From positions 32,001 through 96,000 of the IMG/VR virus record IMGVR_UViG_3300023184_000033: 64,000 nucleotides of DNA; one strand, given 5' to 3'. The position numbers and the translations under genes were made by a program. The notes beneath the pieces were generated by a model. The model did not search any database. It worked only from the letters and a program-made list of their open reading frames with translations, and was not told the DNA's origin. Shown one piece after another: positions 10,042-17,353 of this stretch. This stretch comes from a virus. The number at the start of each line of letters is the position of its first letter. Within the stretch, counting starts at the first letter, position 1.

Positions 10042-10349
10042 TTAATGTAACAGAAGCCGCAAAGAAACAACTTGATGAAATCCTTATGGATGATGTATCA
10101 ATGAAATATGTAAGAGCATTTATCTCTGGTGGTGGGTGTTCTGGTTTTAACTATGGATTTACACTCGAAGCCGATAAAGAAGAAGATGACTTTGTTATTG
10201 ACAATCTTTTAGTTGATGCTTTAAGTATGCAGTATTTTGATACTGCTACTATTGATTTCACCAGTGATAAACTAAAAGGTTCACAGTTTGTCATATCAAA
10301 CCCTAATGCAAAATCGACTTGCGGTTGTGGTAGTTCATTTAGTGTATGA
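10038..10349 (+). CDS. iscA: A-type Fe-S carrier (IscA/ErpA/HesB family)
   Basis: GGGCSGFNY and [14 protein letters not shown]; ATGA overlap with iscU. Confidence 0.93.
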   Translation: MINVTEAAKKQLDEILMDDVSMKYVRAFISGGGCSGFNYGFTLEADKEEDDFVIDNLLVDALSMQYFDTATIDFTSDKLKGSQFVISNPNAKSTCGCGSSFSV

Positions 10350-11104
10350 AATACCGCACAATATTCATAAGTGATGTTCACTTAGGAACTAACGATTGCC
10401 AAGCAGCCAAGTTAAACAACTTTCTCAAACACAACACCTGTGAAACCTTATATCTTGTGGGTGATATCATTGATGCTTGGAAAATTCAACAGAACAAATG
10501 GCGTTGGAAACAATCTCATACTAATGTAGTTCGTAGAATTCTCGGTCACGCCAAGCGTGGCACCAAAGTTGTTTATGTTGCGGGAAATCATGATGAGTTT
10601 TTGAGGCCTATGATACCATACGATTTTAGTTTTGGTTTGATTGAAATTAAGAATCAAACAGAACATATTGGTGCCGATGGTAAACATTATCTAGTTGTTC
10701 ATGGAGACTTGTTCGATGGCATTACTAGACTTGCGCCATGGATATCATTCTTAGGAGACAAAGCATATGACTTTGTACTATCACTAAATGCTAAATTTAA
10801 TTGGGTTCGACACAAGTTTGGATTTGGTTATTGGTCATTAAGCCAGTATCTTAAATATAGAGTAAAGAAAGCTGTAGACTTTGTGTTTAAGTTTGAAGAG
10901 AATCTAGCCAACTACTGTAAGAAGCGTGGCTTTGATGGTGTTATATGTGGACACATACATCACGCAGAGATAAAAGAAATCAACGGTGTTACATATATGA
11001 ATGATGGTGATTGGGTTGAGAGTTGTACAGCATTGGTAGAACATCATGATGGCCATTGGGAAATTGTAACATGGACTCAGGAGAACGACAATCATGTTGA
11101 GTGA
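10346..11104 (+). CDS. UDP-2,3-diacylglucosamine diphosphatase-like metallophosphoesterase (LpxH/YbbF family)
   Basis: [32 protein letters not shown]. Confidence 0.88.
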   Translation: MKYRTIFISDVHLGTNDCQAAKLNNFLKHNTCETLYLVGDIIDAWKIQQNKWRWKQSHTNVVRRILGHAKRGTKVVYVAGNHDEFLRPMIPYDFSFGLIEIKNQTEHIGADGKHYLVVHGDLFDGITRLAPWISFLGDKAYDFVLSLNAKFNWVRHKFGFGYWSLSQYLKYRVKKAVDFVFKFEENLANYCKKRGFDGVICGHIHHAEIKEINGVTYMNDGDWVESCTALVEHHDGHWEIVTWTQENDNHVE

Positions 11105-11801
11105 TAAAATTACTATCGTAGTACCTTGTAAAAATGAAGAAAATTATATTCATCATTTATTGGAACACTTGAAGAATCAAAACATCGGCAATACAAGAGT
11201 AATTATTGCTGATTGTTCCACCGATAATACTAGACAAGTCATAAAGAATAATAGTTCTACAATGAATGTTGAAATTATTGATGGTGGTCCAGTTTCTATT
11301 GCCAAAAACAATGGCGCCAGATTAGTAACCACTCCATACATATTATTCATAGATGCAGATGTTCGTTTCTTTAAACAGAATGTGATTCATGATGCAGTCA
11401 ATACAATTGAATCTAAGAACTTAGACCTTATTGGTTTAAACATCAAGTGTTATGATAATGACAAACGTGCATCTATTGGATTTGCGTTATTTAATGTCAT
11501 GAACCATATTCTAAAATTCTTTTCTCCGTTTGCAGTTGGTGCATTTATGTTAACACGTAGAGATAAGTTTGAAGAATATGGTGGATTCCCCGAAAAGTTT
11601 TCAACATCTGAAGACTACTTCTTATCAAGAATGTATAGTCCTAAAAAGTTTAGAATCATCAATCACCATTTTGGCCAAGATTCACGTAGACTCAAAAAGA
11701 TGGGTTACTTTGGCATGACTGCATACCTAATTAAGAACTTTATCAAGCGTAACGACAAAGCGTATTGGGACAAGCTCGATCCAACCAAATATTGGAACTA
11801 A
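11094..11801 (+). CDS. Glycosyltransferase family 2
   Basis: IVVPCKNEE, DCSTDNT, FIDAD, SED motifs. Confidence 0.92.
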   Translation: MLSDKITIVVPCKNEENYIHHLLEHLKNQNIGNTRVIIADCSTDNTRQVIKNNSSTMNVEIIDGGPVSIAKNNGARLVTTPYILFIDADVRFFKQNVIHDAVNTIESKNLDLIGLNIKCYDNDKRASIGFALFNVMNHILKFFSPFAVGAFMLTRRDKFEEYGGFPEKFSTSEDYFLSRMYSPKKFRIINHHFGQDSRRLKKMGYFGMTAYLIKNFIKRNDKAYWDKLDPTKYWN

Positions 11802-11823
11802 AATAACCCATGGAGATTTTTGA

Positions 11824-12513
11824 TTGTTACGTTTACTATTATCTTTATCTTTGGTACTTTCCGTACTTTGCAATCCATTATATGTCTCAGCAAAAGAAAT
11901 AACTGCTGAGAGCTGGTTAATATCAGACAATGGAAATGTTACATCAAGTAAAAACTCAAATCAAGTAAGGTCTATTGCCAGTATAACCAAGTTGATTACT
12001 GTAATGGTCTTCTTGGATATGAATCCTTATCCTTCTGAGAAACACAGAGAGCTTATAAGAAGAAGCTTAATATCTTCAGATAATACAGCAGCTAAAACCT
12101 TATGTAATGATTTTACAGGGGGACATAGAGATTGTATCTTTATGATGAACCTAAAGGCAAGCCAGCTAGGGCTCAAAAATACCAGATTTCTTGAACCAAC
12201 CGGACTATCGATGTTCAACGTCAGTACTGCGGAAGAATTAGTTAAGATTGTGGAAGAAGCGAGTAAGTATCCTCTGATTGTGGAATCGAGCAATACAAAG
12301 AGCTTAAAGATAAAGAAACACGTTTATACTAACACAAATCCGCACGTTAACATGTACAATGTTATGGTGAGTAAAACAGGTTACATTAGAATGTCTGGTG
12401 GTTGTATTGTAATGATGATTAAGACGGCAGAAGGTCTTAAAACTGCCATATTGCTTGGCAGCAAGAATACACATACACGTATTCAAGAAATTGATAGACT
12501 GTTAAAGTCTTAA
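11824..12513 (+). CDS. D-Ala-D-Ala peptidase, S11 family (PBP7/DacA-like)
   Basis: Signal peptide; SxxK (ASITK), SxN (SDN), KTG. Confidence 0.9.
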   Translation: MLRLLLSLSLVLSVLCNPLYVSAKEITAESWLISDNGNVTSSKNSNQVRSIASITKLITVMVFLDMNPYPSEKHRELIRRSLISSDNTAAKTLCNDFTGGHRDCIFMMNLKASQLGLKNTRFLEPTGLSMFNVSTAEELVKIVEEASKYPLIVESSNTKSLKIKKHVYTNTNPHVNMYNVMVSKTGYIRMSGGCIVMMIKTAEGLKTAILLGSKNTHTRIQEIDRLLKS

Positions 12514-12587
12514 TGGTTGCAGAGCCTGGAGTCGCACCAAGAACTGAGGATTATGAGTCCTCTGTGATACTGTTTCACCACCCTGCG
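12514..12587 (-). tRNA. tRNA-Met(CAT), initiator-like
   Basis: C1:A72 mismatch, CT-CAT-AA loop, encoded CCA. Confidence 0.85.
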
Positions 12588-12594
12588 ATATCAG

Positions 12595-12668
12595 TGGAGC
12601 GGGATGGGAGAATCGAACTCCCGACTTTAGCTTGGAAGGCTAAGGTAATACCATTTTACGAATCCCGC
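12595..12668 (-). tRNA. tRNA-Gly(TCC)
   Basis: Cloverleaf; GCG/CGC acceptor, U73, CCA. Confidence 0.93.
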
Positions 12669-12675
12669 AAAAAAC

Positions 12676-12740
12676 TGGAGCGGCCGCTACGATTCTCACG
12701 TAGACATTAGGTGGACCCCAATGTTGTTGAAAACGACCGC
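12676..12740 (-). ncRNA. D-armless tRNA-Gly(TCC)-like RNA (65 nt)
   Basis: GCGGTCG/CGGCCGC-TCCA acceptor, 7-bp stem with GG-TCC-AC loop, 5-bp T-arm, no D-arm. Confidence 0.75.
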
Positions 12741-12747
12741 ATAAACT

Positions 12748-12822
12748 TGGAGCGGGCAGAGAGAATCGAACTCTCAACTAAACCTTGGCAAGGTCTTGTG
12801 TTACCACTAGCACCATGCCCGC
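12748..12822 (-). tRNA. tRNA-Gly(GCC)
   Basis: Cloverleaf; TT-GCC-AA loop. Confidence 0.93.
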
Positions 12823-12833
12823 ATCTAAATTAG

Positions 12834-12862
12834 ATTGTATCTTATATATGCTTGTTTGTCAA
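12834..12862 (-). promoter_or_regulatory. sigma70 promoter for the Gly/Gly-like/Gly/fMet tRNA subcluster
   Basis: TTGACA-17 bp-TACAAT, 11 bp before tRNA-Gly(GCC). Confidence 0.8.
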
Positions 12863-12880
12863 GCGTTTCCGTGGTATACT

Positions 12881-12955
12881 TGGTGGGCCAACTTGGAATT
12901 GAACCAAGACTCAACCGATTATGAGTCGGACGCTTTACCATTAAGCTATTGGCCC
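12881..12955 (-). tRNA. tRNA-Ile2(CAT), lysidine type likely
   Basis: GGGCC acceptor and CCGAC-TCATAA-TCGG arm typical of Ile2. Confidence 0.8.
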
Positions 12956-12961
12956 ATAAAT

Positions 12962-13132
12962 TTAACGTTTAGAATTTTCTCTTTCTATTCGTTCAAATTC
13001 TGCATTTTCATTCTCAGAATCCTGAACTTGTTTTGGATCAGGTTTCCGAAAAATTGCATCGTAATTGTTTGCAAAAGTTTTCTGGTCCACACTAAATGGT
13101 CTTGGACTACTTCCTTTACCACCATCACTCAT
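12962..13132 (-). CDS. 56-aa hypothetical protein (GKGSSPRP motif)
   Basis: Hand translation MSDGGKGSSPRPFSVDQKTF...; GGAG SD. Confidence 0.7.
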   Translation of the reverse strand: MSDGGKGSSPRPFSVDQKTFANNYDAIFRKPDPKQVQDSENENAEFERIERENSKR

Positions 13133-13136
13133 TTTG

Positions 13137-13385
13137 TTACTCTCCGTAAATAAAAACTATATCATCAATTGAGATGACATAACAATCGTTTAATGTTTTA
13201 GTTGCTGCATTCCAGTTTAAAAGAACTACGTCATCAACGGCAACTGCATCGACTTCAGAACCAATAGCAATTACTTTTGCTTTATCGGCTTCTTCTGAAC
13301 GTGTGAGAATAATTCCTCCAGAAGTGGTCTTATTATTCTCTAAACGTTCAACGATTACTTTTTTTCCTAATGGTTTTAAATTCAT
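13137..13385 (-). CDS. groES: GroES-like co-chaperonin
   Basis: LKPLGKKVIV...TTSGGIIL...KVIAIG. Confidence 0.88.
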   Translation of the reverse strand: MNLKPLGKKVIVERLENNKTTSGGIILTRSEEADKAKVIAIGSEVDAVAVDDVVLLNWNAATKTLNDCYVISIDDIVFIYGE

Positions 13386-13421
13386 AATATCCTCAAAATG
13401 TTTATATGTCTTTTATATAGT

Positions 13422-13508
13422 TGGTGCGACTGGCCGGAATCGAACCGGCATGCCCTTGCGAGCGAGAGATTTTAAGTCTCTTGTGTCTACCTATTTCACC
13501 ACAGTCGC
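13422..13508 (-). tRNA. tRNA-Leu(TAA)
   Basis: Long variable arm; CT-TAA-AA loop. Confidence 0.93.
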
Positions 13509-13510
13509 TT

Positions 13511-14074
13511 CTACATTGTTGGTCCGTTGCCGTTCCTAAATCCAACTTCACCGCCTTCAGCGGTAATTCTTTTAATAACATCTTCAAAAAGAATTGGTGT
13601 AAAATCTGTTTGTTCAACACAAACACAATGATATCTAGTATCAATTTCATTGCCATTCATTACACGACCTGTATGCAGGTGTCCGTGGATGTTAACTCCA
13701 AATCGGCCAAGACTATCACTATGAATAGGAATATGTGAAAGAATCATTCCGTTCATTACATGATAAGCACGTAGTTCACGAAAATATTTCCGATATTCAT
13801 CATCACGAAAAATGTCATGGTTGCCTCGAATGAGAACTTTATCACCGTTAAGTCTACTCATAATAGGAAGAGCTTTGCGGTTGATAACTACATCACCAAG
13901 ATGATATACTTTATCGTTTGGCCGAACAGTTTCGTTCCAACGTTTAACCATTTCTTCATCCATTTCATCTGGATTGGTCCATGGTCTAATCTTTTCGTTT
14001 GTTTTAGAGTCGGTGAATCTACATACTCCAGCATGACCAAAGTGTGTGTCACTTACAAGAAATACTGCTGGCAT
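13511..14074 (-). CDS. Calcineurin-like metallophosphoesterase
   Basis: SDTHFGH, HLGD, GNHD, HGHLH. Confidence 0.9.
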   Translation of the reverse strand: MPAVFLVSDTHFGHAGVCRFTDSKTNEKIRPWTNPDEMDEEMVKRWNETVRPNDKVYHLGDVVINRKALPIMSRLNGDKVLIRGNHDIFRDDEYRKYFRELRAYHVMNGMILSHIPIHSDSLGRFGVNIHGHLHTGRVMNGNEIDTRYHCVCVEQTDFTPILFEDVIKRITAEGGEVGFRNGNGPTM

Positions 14075-14090
14075 ATAAAATCCTTTAAAA

Positions 14091-14165
14091 TGGTCCGGCC
14101 TACAGGAATCGAACCCATATTCACGGTGTAGAAGACCGCTGTATTATCCATTATACTAAGGCCGG
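14091..14165 (-). tRNA. tRNA-Arg(TCT)
   Basis: Cloverleaf; CT-TCT-AC loop. Confidence 0.9.
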
Positions 14166-14170
14166 TTGTT

Positions 14171-14247
14171 TGGTGCCCCAGAGGAGACTCGAACTCCTAA
14201 AATCTTGCTTCTAAGGCAAGCACGTATACCAATTCCGTCACCGGGGC
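14171..14247 (-). tRNA. tRNA-Leu(TAG), short variable loop
   Basis: 77 nt; CT-TAG-AA loop; A73. Confidence 0.88.
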
Positions 14248-14266
14248 AATTTGGAATAAATTGTAA

Positions 14267-14425
14267 TTATCTTGTAATTTTTCTTATCAATAATATTAAA
14301 TAATATTTTAATCCACGAAAAGGAAAAAAATCAAAGTTCATATTTGGCCACATTTCAATATGACCAACTTCATTTGGTATTCCACCATATGCTTTGTCTA
14401 GTGTTTCTTTAGTAGTATTTTTCAT
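14267..14425 (-). CDS. 52-aa hypothetical protein
   Basis: Hand translation MKNTTKETLDKAYGGIPNEVG...RKITR fills the inter-tRNA gap. Confidence 0.6.
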   Translation of the reverse strand: MKNTTKETLDKAYGGIPNEVGHIEMWPNMNFDFFPFRGLKYYLILLIRKITR

Positions 14426-14446
14426 TTCTTAATCTTTCAATAATAT

Positions 14447-14525
14447 TGGTACCCTCGCTCAGATTCGAACTGAGAGAACTCTTCTTTTTGAGAGAAGCGA
14501 CTTTACCAGATTTGTCCACGGGGGC
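14447..14525 (-). tRNA. tRNA-Leu(CAA), short variable loop
   Basis: 79 nt; CT-CAA-AA loop. Confidence 0.88.
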
Positions 14526-14529
14526 AATT

Positions 14530-14605
14530 TGGTGCAACCTAGAGGAATCGAACCTCTTTCAATGGCTCTTCAGACCACCGCTATGACCACATCAGCTAAG
14601 GTTGC
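14530..14605 (-). tRNA. tRNA-Phe(GAA)
   Basis: Cloverleaf; CT-GAA-GA loop. Confidence 0.9.
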
Positions 14606-14612
14606 ATATTCA

Positions 14613-14686
14613 TGGTACCTCGTTGGAGAATCGAACTCCCGTATGCACCGTGTAAGGATGCCGTTCTACCATTAAACTACCGAGGC
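14613..14686 (-). tRNA. tRNA-Val(TAC)
   Basis: Cloverleaf; CT-TAC-AC loop. Confidence 0.92.
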
Positions 14687-14696
14687 AAATTTACTT

Positions 14697-14770
14697 TGGG
14701 GTGACTAATGGGAGTTGAACCCATACGATCAGAATCACAATCTGAGATGCTACCGCTACATCATAGTCAC
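14697..14770 (-). tRNA. tRNA-His(GTG)
   Basis: TT-GTG-AT loop, C73; encoded -1 base is T. Confidence 0.9.
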
Positions 14771-14799
14771 ACCAAAGTAAACTTAATTACTTTGGGATT

Positions 14800-15288
14800 T
14801 TAAACTCCTACCAACTCTTGTTCAGCAAGAATACGTTTCAATCTATCTGCACAGAACGAAGCTGCAGGTGCATCTGGTTTAACCATTGGTGTCACATTAC
14901 ATGTACCTTTGATATAACCAATTGCTTGTTGTACAACACAAGAACTTCCGTGTTCTTCTGACTTGTTAAGGTCTAGATGAACTTCTACATGAAAGTCTTC
15001 TAATGTTTCTGCAAGAGATTGGAATAATTCTGAAACTTTATAAACTTCATTCATAAGCCTCATTGCAGGTTTACTTTTCTTATGGTCATAATCTAATTCA
15101 CGGTCAACAAAACCGAAAATCTTACAACCATGGCGGCCATCAATATGAACAACAACAGCTAAAGCATAGTCGGCATACCACACACCATCCACTCTAACTC
15201 TTTCTGAGTCAGCACCAAGATACACTTTAGTATCTGGTCCTTGATTAGCGAGAAATGACCTAACTTCTTCTATATCGAACTTTCTCAT
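14800..15288 (-). CDS. RNase H-like YkuK (DUF458) family protein
   Basis: VYLGADS, RLMNEV, EVHLDLN, KPDAPAASFCAD. Confidence 0.8.
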   Translation of the reverse strand: MRKFDIEEVRSFLANQGPDTKVYLGADSERVRVDGVWYADYALAVVVHIDGRHGCKIFGFVDRELDYDHKKSKPAMRLMNEVYKVSELFQSLAETLEDFHVEVHLDLNKSEEHGSSCVVQQAIGYIKGTCNVTPMVKPDAPAASFCADRLKRILAEQELVGV

Positions 15289-15311
15289 ATTGACCACCTT
15301 TTTTTAAAACT

Positions 15312-15385
15312 TGGCATCCCGCTAGGGACTCGAACCCCAACCAACGGTTTTGGAGACCGCTATGCTGCCATTACACCAGCGAGAT
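15312..15385 (-). tRNA. tRNA-Trp(CCA)
   Basis: CT-CCA-AA loop, G73. Confidence 0.92.
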
Positions 15386-15391
15386 ATATAT

Positions 15392-15465
15392 TGGTTCTCT
15401 GTAGAAGAATCGAACTTCTGTCTATCGGTTATCAGCCGATTGCTCTACCATTGAGCTAACGGAGA
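15392..15465 (-). tRNA. tRNA-Ile(GAT)
   Basis: CT-GAT-AA loop; one C-A acceptor mismatch. Confidence 0.9.
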
Positions 15466-15734
15466 AAAATGCTCTGCGAACCTCGGCGGTAATTGTAGTG
15501 CATCAGCTCTTCTCCTTTGTATCAGAGTCACATCTCACGCACCTTCCACCCGCTTCCCGACAGGTTCCGTTCTCGTATTGCCAACGCCAGTTCGGTTTAA
15601 CTGCTACATTTGACTGTAGGGACAGATTCTTTCACCAATGTTACTAAAGGTGAACCCTTGTCCGAACCACCCGTGATTAATTATTTCACTTCTCATCCTG
15701 CGGGTCACAGTAGCCACTATCACATGGCACGGTC
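15466..15734 (-). ncRNA. Unidentified multi-stem structured RNA (about 270 nt)
   Basis: GC-rich, ORF-less; nested stems CTGTGA/TCGCAG, CCCGCAGG/CCTGTCGGG, GTTCGG/CCGAAC and a GCAA tetraloop. Confidence 0.7.
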
Positions 15735-15810
15735 TGGAGGGTCATAGAGGACTCAAACCCCTAACTCAAACTTCGTAGGATTGTGTGATATTCAGTTTCA
15801 CCAACGACCC
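15735..15810 (-). tRNA. tRNA-Arg(ACG)
   Basis: CT-ACG-AA loop; overlapped by the HNH ORF 3' end. Confidence 0.82.
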
Positions 15811-16215
15811 AAATAATTTTCCTGCATGATGTTTTCTGTGACAATTTGCACACAAACAAGCACACTTATTAATTTCTTCAACAATTTGTTTTTTACTTGC
15901 TTCCGATTTATTAGAGATATTAAAATCTTTTTCATTACTGTTCATATGATGAAAATCTAAACAAGAAGTTTCAGACTCACCACATATACAACAACTTAAT
16001 GTTTCTTTTAATTTAAAAAACCATTCTTTATTTTCTTTTTTATATTTTTTTGCTCTTGTTAAATTTGTTGAATGGTGTTTGTAATAAGATTCTTTACTTT
16101 TTACCTTACGACATTCATCACAAAATGTTACTCTTTTTCCTTTTTCCTTGTTTTTAAAGGCAAACTTCTCTATTGGAAATTCTACCTCACAACAATTACA
16201 TTTTTTCTTTTCCAT
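15766..16215 (-). mobile_element. Free-standing HNH homing endonuclease-like gene
   Basis: CxxC pairs, CLDFHH...K...KCACLCANCHRKHH; own TATAAATA late promoter at 16237-16244. Confidence 0.8.
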
Positions 16216-16262
16216 ATATTCTCCTAGATATAAACTTATTTATAAAGTTCGTATCTTTGATA

Positions 16263-16338
16263 TGGTAGTGACGGAGGGAACCGAGCCCCCAACCTTTTCC
16301 GTATGAAGGAACTGCTCTGCCGGTTGAGCTACGTCACT
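16263..16338 (-). tRNA. tRNA-Met(CAT), elongator
   Basis: TT-CAT-AC loop; paired 1:72. Confidence 0.82.
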
Positions 16339-16364
16339 ATAATCGACTATAATCGACTATAATT
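16336..16364. repeat. 10-bp tandem repeat ACTATAATCG, about 3 copies
   Basis: actataatcg actataatcg actataatt spacer between tRNA-Ala and tRNA-Met. Confidence 0.85.
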
Positions 16365-16437
16365 GGTGGAGGATGGGAGAATCGAACTCCCGTAAACAGC
16401 TTGCAAAGCTGCCGTAATCCCATTATACTAATCCCCC
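16364..16437 (-). tRNA. tRNA-Ala(TGC)
   Basis: G3:U70; TT-TGC-AA loop. Confidence 0.93.
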
Positions 16438-16443
16438 ATAACT

Positions 16444-16517
16444 TGGTCTCGGTAGAAGGAATCGAACCTTCGTCACGTGGTCCCAAACCACGAATTCTGC
16501 CATTAAACTACACCGAG
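16444..16517 (-). tRNA. tRNA-Pro(TGG)
   Basis: TT-TGG-GA loop. Confidence 0.92.
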
Positions 16518-16523
16518 AAAAAC

Positions 16524-16594
16524 TGGCTCCAGTGGAAGGAATCGAACCTTCATTGGTTGTATACGGACCATGTTACCATTACATTACAACTGGA
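16524..16594 (-). ncRNA. tRNA-like RNA with aberrant anticodon arm (undetermined or pseudo-tRNA)
   Basis: Normal D-arm, T-arm and GCCA end; 3-4 bp anticodon stem with 9-nt loop CCGTATACA; bulged acceptor stem. Confidence 0.7.
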
Positions 16595-16601
16595 ATAAAC
16601 T

Positions 16602-16676
16602 TGGTGCCCCAGGAGAGAATCGAACTCCCACACCCGGATTACAAAACCGGACCTCTACCACTAAGGATACAAGGGC
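16602..16676 (-). tRNA. tRNA-Thr(TGT)
   Basis: TT-TGT-AA loop. Confidence 0.9.
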
Positions 16677-16681
16677 TATAT

Positions 16682-16760
16682 TGGCTCCGCATTAGAGAAT
16701 CGAACTCTACTAACCAGTGATTAACAGTCACGCCCATGCACCTTGCTCGGGTTCTGCGGA
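16682..16760 (-). tRNA. tRNA-Asn(GTT)
   Basis: CT-GTT-AA loop; TCC/GGA-G73. Confidence 0.9.
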
Positions 16761-16768
16761 ATAAAACT

Positions 16769-16843
16769 TGGCGGTTCTAAGGGGTAACGATCCCCTTCTT
16801 CAAGCGTGACAGGCTTGTGTGCGTCCATGAACACTTTAGAACC
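16769..16843 (-). tRNA. tRNA-Asp(GTC)
   Basis: CT-GTC-AC loop. Confidence 0.9.
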
Positions 16844-16849
16844 TAAATT

Positions 16850-16933
16850 TGGTGGATGCGGTTGGATTCGAACCAACGTGTTGTTACAACCGGATTTACA
16901 GTCCGGCACCTTCGGCCTCTCGGTCACACATCC
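16850..16933 (-). tRNA. tRNA-Tyr(GTA)
   Basis: CT-GTA-AA loop; long variable arm. Confidence 0.93.
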
Positions 16934-16939
16934 AATTTT

Positions 16940-17013
16940 TGGTAGGGGCACAGAGAATTGAACTCTGGTTAATAGGTTAAAAGCCTACTACTTTACCACT
17001 AAGTTATACCCCC
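16940..17013 (-). tRNA. tRNA-Lys(TTT)
   Basis: CT-TTT-AA loop. Confidence 0.92.
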
Positions 17014-17138
17014 ATCATTTGTTTTGCTGACGCACTATTTGCTATGCTCAACGGATTCATTTGCAAATTTACCGTTTCTGTACATAGTTACTTAGAGTTG
17101 ACGTTTACTCAATGGCTTACATCAACAAAACAAATGAT
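17014..17138 (-). ncRNA. Unidentified structured RNA (125 nt) with 21-bp closing stem
   Basis: ATCATTTGTTTTGTTGATGTA/TGCGTCAGCAAAACAAATGAT; G-U pairs work only on the - strand. Confidence 0.7.
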
Positions 17139-17139
17139 A

Positions 17140-17353
17140 CCATATTAAAATACATTAGGATGCGATTGTCGTTCCAGAACTTCATCTGGCTTCTCACGGC
17201 TTCGTCTGCCGATAAGACAATCTACACATTACGATTCAACTAATTCCAGCGCAGTCGGATTGCTTCATGTAACTTATAAGGTTCACAGCGGCCTGTGATA
17301 CGTGCCAAATAAGTCACCTACTGGAGTTGGTAACCTAATGTATTTTAATATGG
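17140..17353 (-). ncRNA. Unidentified structured RNA (about 214 nt) with 20-bp closing stem
   Basis: Perfect IR CCATATTAAAATACATTAGG; internal stems GATTGTC/GACAATC, CGGC/GCCG, CCAGA/TCTGG. Confidence 0.7.

Noticed and set aside
14267-14425. Apparent frameshift in the small inter-tRNA ORF
   Set aside because: Re-reading gives one continuous 52-aa frame.
15466-15734. RNase P RNA, tmRNA or tRNA-associated HDV-like (theta) ribozyme
   Set aside because: No GAGGAAAGTCC motif, no Ala-type tRNA-like ends or tag frame, and no convincing HDV P1/P3 topology; kept as an unidentified ncRNA.
16336-16364. CRISPR-like repeats
   Set aside because: A simple 10-bp tandem repeat without spacers; the 153-bp repeats near 61 kb are coding repeats. 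No cas genes are present.
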